Origin: Bugula neritina
Lineage: Eukaryota; Animalia; Bryozoa
Assembly: GCA_964035545.1 (NCBI GenBank)
Contig: OZ037769.1
Span: 6,677,929 to 6,741,928 of the forward strand
Reading direction: 5' to 3'
DNA length: 64,000 nt
Shown: in pieces, positions 1-12,000 of the stretch
How the letters are laid out: each line of letters starts with the position of its first letter
Numbering within the stretch: position 1 is the stretch's first letter
The notes under the pieces: model-generated
The model's input: the letters and a program-made list of their open reading frames with translations, nothing else
Told to the model about the DNA's origin: nothing
Database searches by the model: none
Translations under genes and position numbers: made by a program

Positions 1-3000
1 ATGAGCAAAGATGATGTTCAAGTAGAACAATGCTCTAAAGTTGAATTCATTTGCAGTTTTTCACCGCCATCTCTCCTTTATGATTCTGATGTACTCATTG
101 AGGAGTTGATTAGCCGCTGTATAAATGGCTGTGAGCCTACAGTGGAACTAGATGATTCAGCATTTGTATCTCAACTCTTGAACCTTTCATTTGTGGAACC
201 AATCAGTAAATATTATATTTAATTCATAAATGTTATGTTAAATGTATTAGTTAATATATAAAACTGTATAATTAGTTAATATTTAAAACTGCATAATTAG
301 TTAGTATAAAAAACTGTATAATTAATTAGTATAAAAAACTGTATAATTAGTTAATATATAAAACTGTATAATTTGTTAGTATAAAAAACTTTATAATTAG
401 TTGGTATATAAAACTGCATTAGTTAGTATATATAACTGTATTAGTATATAGAATTGTATAATTAGTTAATATATATAACTGCATTAGTTAGTATATATTA
501 TGACTGTATTAGTTAGTATATATAATTGTATTAGTTAGTATAACTAATTGTATTAGTATATAAAACTGTATAATTAGTTAGTATATATAATTGTATTAGT
601 ATATAAAACTGTATAATTAGTTAATATATATAACTGCATTAGTTGGTATATATGACTGTATTAGTTAGTATATATAAGTAGTAGAGTGGAAACATTTGGT
701 ACCCACTTTAACACAGCATAGCCCTATTACTCCTTGAAGTTTTTGCTCCTCCTGCGTTTGAGTAGGAGCAGTGGTGTAACTTAGGGGAGGGGGGTTAGTA
801 TGACAGTGGTGTAAGTTAGAGTAACTCCTTTAATTTATTTTATAACTTAGTTATTTACACTCTATTTTTATTTTATTAAAAGCAAATTATACTTATATAA
901 TTTCATGATTTTGTGACATTTAATTTTCAAGGGTTAAGAACAATTCTCAAGAAGTAAATTTATTTATTTATTGGAAATAAATTTATTTGTTTATAAAAAT
1001 TAGTGTTAAATACATAAGTAAATGGTGATCAACGTGCACCTAATATATTATTTTATGGACACTTTTTAGAGGAAAATTCATATTTGACAAAAATTGATCA
1101 TTTATAAATTCACACACAATATGATCTCGCTCAAGATTTGATTCACATACCAAAAACAGTTTTCTAATATACAACACTGAATATCCTCTCACTCTAAGAA
1201 AAAGTTATATTAAACAATATTGGCCACATACAAATGATGAACATTGTAAAACTGAAGTATTAAATATTACAGGAGCTGATGATAATAAGCATACTTTTTT
1301 TCATAAAAGCAACAGTTGAAGGTTTAAGGCCATACAGGTCAAAATATTCTGCACAGTTAGTAGAGTGAATTTATATTGCTACCCAGTAACTTCCAGCCTC
1401 ATTAAATGGATCATATTTAATTATAATGCAAGATGGGCAAGAAAATTTGACTAAATGAAATAGTACATTGGAAGAACTTTTGCAAAAATGACTTGAAGTA
1501 AATGGATCAGATTGTAGAATTTTCTTCAATTGGGTAGTATTTATGTTATGGATGCTCTTGTAACCACGCGTGTTTTATTAATGCTTATCAAGTCATCACT
1601 TTCTGTATAAACGAGAACGTTAGCTGTGTCTGTAACAGCTTCACGAAATGTTAGGTCAAGTGTTGTTGTACTGTGTCTAAGTGAATTCCTTCACCGTGAC
1701 ATTGATCGGGTGTGTTGTCAAAAGCGAAAAGACACAGACTTTCCATGAATTCTTCTTTTGAAATACAGTTGCCTTCAGTGAACGTCTTGTCGCAGACTGA
1801 CATAGAGTTATGGTATGCACGGGAATAGATATCTTTATTGAATACCATTGAACTGGGTTGCCTATTCATGGTGAGGTTAATCGAAGAAATATAATATTAA
1901 ATCTGAATGGAGAGTGATGGTATGATCCATTTTTTGCTGCATGACTTAGAAGTCCTATAATAATTATATTGGCTTCTTGTTTGTTGTGCAAAATATGAAT
2001 TCGTTCACTTTGTCTTTTAGGGGTAATAGTGAAAAACTGTGTGTTTGTTCTATAGGATAAAGTATTTCATCACCTTTTTCTGGAGAATTTCTTTTCAGCT
2101 TGATGTTTAAAACTAGTTCTGGTAGCAAGTATCGGGATTGGTTGAACATAGAACTGTTTAGTCTTCCTATCATATCAACAGTTTGACTTTCTGTGAATGT
2201 AGCTGCTCTACTTTGTATTTTTGTTTTCTGGACAGCAGTCAGGTTAACCGTATGATTTTCACTCATTCCATCCTCACTTCAATGTGAAGTGGTCAAATGA
2301 GTAGTCTTTGCATCTTTGCCGTAGTTTAGTTTCGTGTCGATATATGATTTGTAAGCATAGTTTGGTTCATGTTCGATTTCCTTCCCGTTTATTTGAATTG
2401 TGAGTGATTGAAATAATGAATGAAGTAAATTGTTTGCCGGAGACACTTTAATTGCAGTAGTATCTTCAGATAGCTTGCTCCAATCAGTATTTTTCACATG
2501 ACATTGAACTCAAATAAATGTGTTGTTCAAGTCAAGATAATGATCTGTATATCCGTCAATTTCAAACTCAATGAGTCCATATCCAGATGGTGGTCTCAAT
2601 GGTCCAAGCTCATGTAGTTCACTGCTAATTACACTTGTTTTAGTTAAGGAAACACTAAATAGGTCTAGTTCCAATGCTGTACTGTCTTGGGAATGTTTGC
2701 TCAACTTGTGGGAACTCATGTTCTCACTTGTGTTGTTCAACGGAAAATGTCTTCAGTTAGTCTACGTCGTTCGTTTTTAGAGTGACCCTTTAAAAAAATC
2801 CTTTTTTTGTTTAGTAGCTCCGCCTACTTTTCTTTGAGGAAAAATTGATGAGGCTAATCCACTAAGCAACTGTTTTCCTCCTTTAGTGAAGTTTGCTGAA
2901 GCAGAATTTCCTTCCAATACATCATTGGCGATTTTAGCACTTGAACTAATTAGTTGCTTTTCAGCTTTTTTGCAACATTTTTAAGTACTGGAACAATACC

Positions 3001-6000
3001 TTTAAACACGTTTGAAAACACCCCACCCAGTCCACTTCCTCGTTGAACAGTTTTACCCCTGAAACAGACTTGCTTGACTTGCATAATAATCTTTGTAATG
3101 AGGTGATGACTACTCTAGGTGATATGGGACCATCATTGTTTTTTAAAATGGAGTGAAAGCACCACATTTCCGTTTTCAAATGGTACAACATCTCCATTTT
3201 CACGTTTTATGTTTATTTCAATAGTGTCAGCTTGTGTTTTGTTGACGGGAACATACTCAATATGATAAAATTGAACCCACTTGCTAATTGCTTTTTTGTA
3301 AACACCCTCTAGTAGAACAACTCTCAAAAAAAGGGCCATTGAATTTCCAACAAGTCGATTTTGAACAAAGTCTGCATACACATACAATGCGAAAAAATTT
3401 TCTGTTATGTCAGCTGCTTCTTGTGTGTATACTCCTTCTTCATAAAATTCTCCTTCGGTTTGAGTGAACCCTAACACATTTAAAATATTTTGACTAATAG
3501 TGACTCCAAACTTTTCTGTCTTTTTCTTCACTTTTAAGAGGCAAGGTTTCTGATGTCATCATAATGTAAAATGATGTCTCCTTCAACATTTGCATTCTGT
3601 AATATTTTGTGAATTTGGTTAATTAATTCTTGAATTGAAAAATGTACTCCATCAAATTTTTTAAATGTTATTGGATGGTGTAAATCTTCAAAACGGATAG
3701 TGACAATCCCATTTTTGCCAGACAGAAAAAAATTGAATTACGACAATCCCACTAACCACTCTCCATCATTAGATGAAAAAACTGAAGAAATTTTAACTTT
3801 AAAAGTGTGTTGTTCTTTGTTAAAAAAAACGTGTCCATAGATGCATATGAAGGAAAAACCGCATAAGACCATGAATCACTCATCTTGACCACAAAAATAA
3901 AAGTAACTTGAAGAAAAACAAGCGCTCATATTTATATATAAATTAATATTTTTATATGCATGTGTATTTGCACTGAAGTAGTGATTAAAATCATAATCAT
4001 GAAATACTTGATTTAATAATCCATTCATTGAATTTAGCGGGACAACCTTTAAACTTGACAAGATACTGGGTTGCTCTTCCTTTCTTCCATTGATCTAAAA
4101 TCGATTCCACAGTAAATGTTGAACTTGAAAAACCTTTTTGTAGTTCTTTTTGGTAATATGTCCCATTAATTTTTTCATTCATTTTATCACAAAGGCAGTA
4201 TGTCACAATATTTGATTTTATAACACCATCAACTAAGAAGGTCTCTCTTGACCAATCGGCGCCATAGCTTTTGCTGAAAATGTGTTTGTATTTTGTCACA
4301 AAACTGTTGGTAGCAGTGTGACGAGTTCGAAAAGTCTGGTAGTCAGAAGTGTGCAAACAAGTACCATATAGCTTGCTAATCCAGTTGAGAGTAAATAGAG
4401 TTGTGAATATAGGTAGACTTTATTTCTCCCGCAAGATATACACATATGAACTTATGAAAATGAACTTACTTTTACAAGTAAAGCACCTGCTTTTATACTA
4501 AATTGATAAGTCTAGAAAATGCTACCACATTCCACACTGTGCATGACTTGTGCAGAATAGGCACTATTCATTAGCCAATAAAAAGTGACTAAAAATGTAA
4601 ACAACCATTGCGAAATAATACTTGCATAGGCTTGTGTGCCATACTAATTACAAGAGTAGGCTAAAATAACAATAGAGAGTAATATATACAATAACAGTTT
4701 ATAAGGAGAAATTGTGACATATTTGCTCATTCGGACTACATCATCGATTCTTAGCAACTCCTGTGTAGGTTGAACAGGAAAAGAAAAATACATATTAAGC
4801 CACACATCTTCGCAATTGTTGGTGTTCACATCCACAGGTCGCATTCTAATTGATGAGTGAAATGACATTATATGACTGGAGTAACTGATCAACTACATTG
4901 ATCCATTTGTGAGAATTACTTTTTGTAAACCATTTGTATAGTCTTGTTTGTAAAGTCCTGTTGAATTGTTCAATGCATGCAGCTTTAATGTCGTCATTTT
5001 CATGAAAAATATGTAATATTCTGTTTCAAAAGTTGTTTGATATGTTCATTGTAGAACTCTTTACCTTTGTCAAATTGAATGGAGCGAATATTGTTTGATG
5101 AAATAATTTCACTCATGCTATGGGCAACTTCTTTTCCAGTTTTTTCTTTGATTGTTTTGCCCATGCATACTTCGAAAATACATCAATACAAGTCAAAATA
5201 TATAAGTGGCCATCATTTTCTGATTTATATTTTCTCATATCAGTTAAGTCGCACTGTAGTTGATCATTAATTCCGCTGACAAGCGTTACTCTTCTCTGAA
5301 ATTTCCGTATAATTGGTTTATGAAGTGTGTATGCTTCTTGTGAGCTTAACTACCGAGAAACATTTGCTATATTATACTTTATTTAGGAAGTGCAGAAAAG
5401 CATTTACACCACTGAGACCTCCAAGCTTTTTAGGAGAATAGTAGTGCTCTTTCATTTCATTTTGTTTGCTTCTAGGTTTCTTTATTGTCAGACAAAGAAA
5501 ACCAGTTGGATGTTGAAGTTGGTTGTTTTACTGGAATGAAATGGGAGACTCGTGATGAAGATTTAGAAGGTTTTTTCAAGTCAGTGCCAGGTCTTGATTG
5601 TATCCATACACCCTTATCATAGCCATCAAAAGCATGGTTCATAACCGTAGTGAGATAGATATAGAGCAAGGTCGGAGCCAGCACGCAGCCTTGTTTTACA
5701 CCGTTTGTGATCTCGAATAGTGCTGGGAGATCTCCTTTCAGGTTGACAGAGGCTTTCATTCCCGTATGTAGGGCTGCAATTAGGTTAGGGAACTGGTCTG
5801 GGCAGTCAAGCTTTCTTAGAACCATTCACAATGTCATTAAGTTTACTGTGTCGAATGCTTTGGTGAAACCAACAAAGATCATGTATAGAGGCATATTCTG
5901 TTCTATGCGTTTTTCCTGAATCTGTCTTAGTGAGAATATCATGTCCGACGTGCCTCTGCCTGCTCGAAAACCGCACTGAGCTTCTGGGAAAACTGTTCCA

Positions 6001-9000
6001 CGTGTGCCGTAAGTCTATTGAGTAATATACGGGAAATAAACCTTTCCTGGGATAGAGTAGTGAGATGCCACGGTGATTTTCGCAAATGCGCCTGTCTCCT
6101 TTCTTGAAGATCGTGACTAGCTTTGCATCTTTCCAATCTTGTGGTACCTCTTCGTTTCTCCATGATTCTGTGATGAGTTCAGTAAGCCTCAGTATAAGCT
6201 CCGCACCACCTTTCTTCAACAGCTCAGGATAAATACCATCAATTCCTGGTGACTTCCTGTCAAAAAGCGCATTTACAGCTCTCATAACCTCTGTAACATC
6301 GGGACATTCATTCATCCATTCTTGGGTTGGCTGCTGGTGTATGTGACTGGTGATGTCGGGGTCCACATTTCCTGTTTCATTTAGGAGTGTTTGGAAGTGC
6401 TCTGTCTATCTCTGCATTAAATCATCTCTCTGGGTGAGGAGGGTGTTGCTGTCCTTGTCAAACAGTTGGTCTGGGTGGTTTATACGTGGACCTCAGACTG
6501 CCCTGATATTTTCATAGAAGCCTCTCATGTCATCCCGGTTAGCCAGTTCCTGCAGTTCAGCTGTCTTGTCTTGCCACCATTTGTTCTTTAGTTCACAGCA
6601 GTTCTTTTGAAGTGCTTTGTTACATTCCTTGTACCTTTCTTTGGTTTTCTTGGTCAATCGGTTCATGACAGCGAAACGATCTAGGTTTCTCTCACTCAAT
6701 AGGTCTTGTAGTTCTATGGAGTGTTCATCAAACCAGTCCTCGTGTTTTCTGCCAACAGTGCCTAGCTTCTCCTTCGATGTTTCATAAATTGTGTTATTGA
6801 AGTTTTTCCATGCGTCAAGTGTTCCAGGTGTTCTCAAGATCAGTTTCTCACTTAGTGCTGTTTTCAAGTCATTAAGTATTTCCTTATCTTTCAATTTGTT
6901 GACGTTGAGCTTTTTACTTGTTTGTTTGGATTTCTTTGTTTACCTTTTAATGATGAGGCTAGTGCGTGATTTCATCATGATATGGTCTGTGTTGCAGTCT
7001 GCCCCACGCATGTAGTGTGTGTTTGAACTTATAATTATGAAATATTTTGTTTTTTCAAACAGGTTTTAAGTTAAAATTATGACGCTATAATTGAGGTGGT
7101 GCGAAAATTTAGTATAAAGATCACACACCATTTCAGAATCTGCAACAGAACTCATAAGGTCATCAATAATTAAAAGACAGTGTTTGCCATCTTTTGGTTG
7201 ATTGCTTGGTATACTTTTGTTTCCCATTTGTCGACAGCTGTGGATAAGAACTTCGGGCCAGTCCACCGCTCGGATTTGCTGTTGATCTCTCATGGTGCTA
7301 ATCTTCTGGTTATCCAATCAGCATTATTTCTCTCACCACTTACCCAAACCTACTCAGGCATGTCTCCTCCAGCATCTGTCTGAATCTCATTGATGCGTAC
7401 TCCCTCGTAGAAGCAGAAGCGTGTTGAGAATTTGTTCAACATCCCAAGCACTGTTGCAGAATTCACAAGATGATATACTTTTTTGAATGGGAATTGCATC
7501 TCCTTCCGGATAGTTACCTGGCCTTTCTTGGCCAGCACAGCTGCATTTAGCTTGAGCTGAGGGGTTGTAAGCCTTTTCATCGGACCTACTCTAGACTTAG
7601 CAATGATAAATTTTAACCAGAACCTGCCATCCTTCAGCCGCCATCGTATGTACACCACATAGCCATATGCCTTTTCACTGGCATCTGATAGAATCACCAG
7701 AGTAGAGTCACCTTCAGCGTTTAGTGAAGTAAGACATCTATCATACTCCAACTTTTAGTTCTCTACTAGTGAAGTAAAGAAATCGAACCACTTTTTGTGA
7801 AGATACGCCGGCATCTGTTCATCCCATTGCAACTTACTCTCCCAGCAAGTTTCCTTGTACCAAAAACGGACTAAGATTTCCTATGGGGTCATGAACTTCC
7901 ATCACCTGCTCAACGACCGTCCTGCGGTTGGGTTTCTGTGGTACGTTTCTTGGTATGTCTGGTAGTTGTAGGTCAGGTTCTTTGTCACGTCCACGCTGCT
8001 TCACCGAAAAGTTTACATACATTTCGAAGAAAATTCTGTCTGACGTGCGGTTTCACCACACGCCTAAAACTCGTACTTTCTCTGAGTTTTCATTGGCTCC
8101 ACTGAATGGCCAACCTTTAATTCTAAAGTCCGCTTCTCGTAATACTGCTTCAGTCTCATTCGCTAACTCTCAAGCAGCTTCCTCAGAGCTCAGTGATCCC
8201 ACAATGCGGTCAACGTGGACTGATGATTGTAGAAGTTTGGCAACCTTAGGGCGCTCTTTTTGGAATAGTTCTGCCGTCATTTGTAGAGCTTCCGCACTGA
8301 TGGCTGGTGCTGGGCAATCACTCATGTTGACACGCGTTATTACGTGTCAGGTGATTTGTCTGTAATCATTCCTCGCCACAGAAATCTATGACGGTGCTGG
8401 TCTTGTTCCTAAATGTGAATTGAGTTGAACATCTTTCTAATATCTTCACTAAATATGGCCTTGTTTTCTCTCGAGCGTAGAATGACACCAACTAAGCTTG
8501 TCATGTAGCTGTTCGGGCCCTAGACTAGGGAATCATTTAAGCTGTTGCCTCTGTGTTTCTGACTGGAATTAAACACAATCCTAACTGTAGTAGATGAGGA
8601 ACGAGCATTCTCCACTGTGAAATGGTTAATATAGACCACTGGCCTTTTCCAGTGAGCTATTTCTTGCTATGAAAGCTGTTTGGCAACGCCACGGTTGACC
8701 ATATCTTCAATTTGTTCTTGGTATGTCATTTGCCATTACCTTCCTTGTTTTTGCAGAGTGCTTTCGATACTCTTTAGAGTGGCAAGAACTAAGCTGTGGT
8801 TGTTTGGCAGATGTTGTGGATCTATCTGCCAGGGGTACTTCGCAACCCACACTTTATTCTTAGGATCACACGTAAGATTGTCCCGGATAAGCTTACGCTC
8901 TTGCTCTTCTTTAAATGAAAAGGTGTGACCTGGGGCGGGGCACTTACCACATTTGCAGCCACCGCACTTTCTGTTGATTGTTGTGCTGAGCTCCTCTCCA

Positions 9001-12000
9001 ATGATAAACCTGTGAAGTTTATCTTCGGCTGCTTTTATTGTGTTAGAGATCCGGACGGTCTGTTCTGCAAGCTTAGGGTGGGAGCCCTGCAAACATTTTT
9101 CAAAAGGTCCCTGTTGTATGCTGAGGTTGTCTCCAGCTCTGTCTAGTTTTGTCCTGTGATATAGGCCAAAATAATCGATACCTAACATTAAATCAACCTT
9201 ACCTGTTTGTCTTTGCAGCTCCTGGAGATCCTTGCCATCAGGGAAAAGTTCTCTGATAACTGTCATATCCAGTTTAGCAACTGAACCGGTTATCTCCGGT
9301 ATAGCAAACGCAGTGACGTTTACAACACCTTGATCAGCAGTCACTAGATCAACACTGTAGAACCATGAGTCATAGGAAGAATGTTTGCCACCAGGTGACA
9401 GCACCTCAAGCGTGTCTTTGCCTACACACGTTGTGGCCATCCTTTTGGCTGCTCCATGGGTAATGTTGAAACCACCATCAAAGGACAGCATTGATTTCTT
9501 TTACAATTCGGTATGGTTGCACTTTGAATGGCAAAGAAACTGCCACTAGGAATGACATTCTGAGTGTAACCATGGTGTGTCTCGGCAGATTGAGGATTTT
9601 GTGCTAACTTACCTGAGGACTGATTGTTGGTAGCTTGTTTCTGAAAACATAGCAACTCATGATGTGTCTGTCCACCCGTTCCACACTGTATGTTTGTCTG
9701 ACACTCATCCCATCTGTGAAGCTTGAAACATCGATAGCATGCATTTTTACTTTGCAACAGTAATTTACGTTCATGCGATGTTTTTTCTAAAAATAGCCTA
9801 CATCCCTCTGTACTATGACTTACCTTGAGGTTAGTATGTATCAGACATTTTATGTTAGCTGATTCATATTTGTCTTGTTCACCTTTTGCGTTTGTAGCAA
9901 AAGCCTACCTTTTTTGGTACAAGATTTCGGTGGCTGAGGCTTTTCTGGGGTTTTACCCCTTCTTTCACTCAGGTGGATAGCTACATCCCGCTCTGCTTCA
10001 AGAAATTGCATGAATTTTGTCAATGGATGTATTTTGTCAATTCCGTCCATAGACTTATAAAGCCTCATCTAATCTTTACGATTGGACAGCGGGAGTTTGT
10101 CACAGAAGTCATCTATATGTGACATTGTGATGGAAGTGAGCTGTCTCACCTCACCAAGCTGGCTGTAGCAGTTTTCAATCAATCTGATGAAGGATATCAA
10201 AGTCATCATCATTCACTACCCCAATTTCTTTCATGCCATTATAAGCTTGTTGTACGCCCATTGATGAATGGTGATATATGTTATCTAGCTTGTCCCAGAT
10301 ACGCTCATAAGCATCAGGGTGGTGGCAAAAGACAGCTTTCACATGTGCTAATGCCTCACCTTTTAGACACTGTTTGAGTGCCCTGGCCTTATCCTCTTGA
10401 TTACTGTATATTCGGGCACCATACAACTTCAAAACACTACGGAACTCAGCCCACTCGGTTTTATCACCATTAAATGTTGGTAGTAGTGCTTTCCGAAAAT
10501 GTGCCTCAGCAAAGTGATCATTACCTGTGTGCCTGCTTGGCTGTGTGCTGGTTGCTGCAAGACCGGTTGCATATGGTCCAGAAAGTCTCCAAGCTCTCTT
10601 GATTTCTTTCCATCTCCATGACGAATATTTGGCCAGTTGTCCAGTTTTTGAAGTAGTATCTTTGCTACGCCACCTTGCATACTGAATCTTTCGCGTAGCT
10701 TGTCACGAGCCCCGCGATAGGAGTCTTCATTTCTGTAGGCCAGCAGCCCCAAGATTGCTTTCTTGGCATCTCCTGCTACAAACTTCTTGAGATAACGCAG
10801 GGCTTCTCTGTCGGATAAGCCTTCATCAGCACTGTAAGCATCCATATCAACCTCCCAGTCAGCAAGTTCTAAGGTGTTCCCAGAGAAGGTTTCTGGTTCC
10901 ATAGACTTTCTATATGGTTTGGGGTGGTTGTCGACTGATGCCTGCAGTTGAGAGTTGAAAGATTCAGCCAGGTTGTCGGTAAATGTCTTGAGTATCTCCT
11001 GGTGTTTGTTTGATGTTGCACTCGGTAAGTTAGATGTGTTGAGTCTATCAGAGTTAGGGATTGCGGACGATGCTGCTCTTACTTGCGGGCTACTAATTGA
11101 GAGAGAACTTACCTTTGCCGACTCGACCTTTCTCAGAAAGATATCTCTCTTGGTTTTGTACTCCTGCAATTGTTCTTCGAGTTTTTGCTTTGCTTCTTGC
11201 AGCACGCGTTCTTCATCGAGAATTTCCTGCTCCTCTTCTCGGCGACTTAGTATCTGTTCTTTCAGCGTATGAACATCAGAAAGGAAATCATTCAAAAGAT
11301 TTTCATGCTCAGGATTTACTTCATTTTTACACCTTACCTTGAGTTTCTCATTTGTCTCGACGATATCTTTGACCTTGAGTTCAGTTTGTTTTATAAATAA
11401 ATCGGCATTTTCAATCGAAATCTCATAACTTTCATTTTCAACAGAGTGTGTAAATTTATCTAAGAAATCTACCATGCATTCTGACTGTTGATTAATTTCG
11501 CTGACAAAACTGCCGCTAAGTTGCAGAATTTCACGCTCAAGTTGTTTTGCTTGGCGCAATTCTGCACGCTGTGATCGGAGATCCACTGACCCCTCAGGGG
11601 AATTTGAACTATCAGACTGAATTTCTGAATCCATTATAGGTGCGCCCGATGCTGAACCTCATTCTAAGTCAGACATTATTTTACCTGAGGTTTACCCTTT
11701 ACTACGAACCTTATTGTTTTGTTGGTAATGGTATTTAACTTGCTAGGCTTTTATAGAATGATGGTATACGTAATAATGGCAATTCAAATACTTTGGATAC
11801 TTTGATTCAGGCGTAATCGATTCACCTGGCTCTGTCAACTTCAGTCTTACAAATAAGAGAATCTAAATATTGTGCCTTAAAATGAAAAAGAATGACCATG
11901 AATATAGTAATAAAAATTATTATTATATTCTAGTATAAAATAACTCAAAACTTATACAAATACACAGCAATCAATTAATATGAGACAGTGCAGCTACTAT

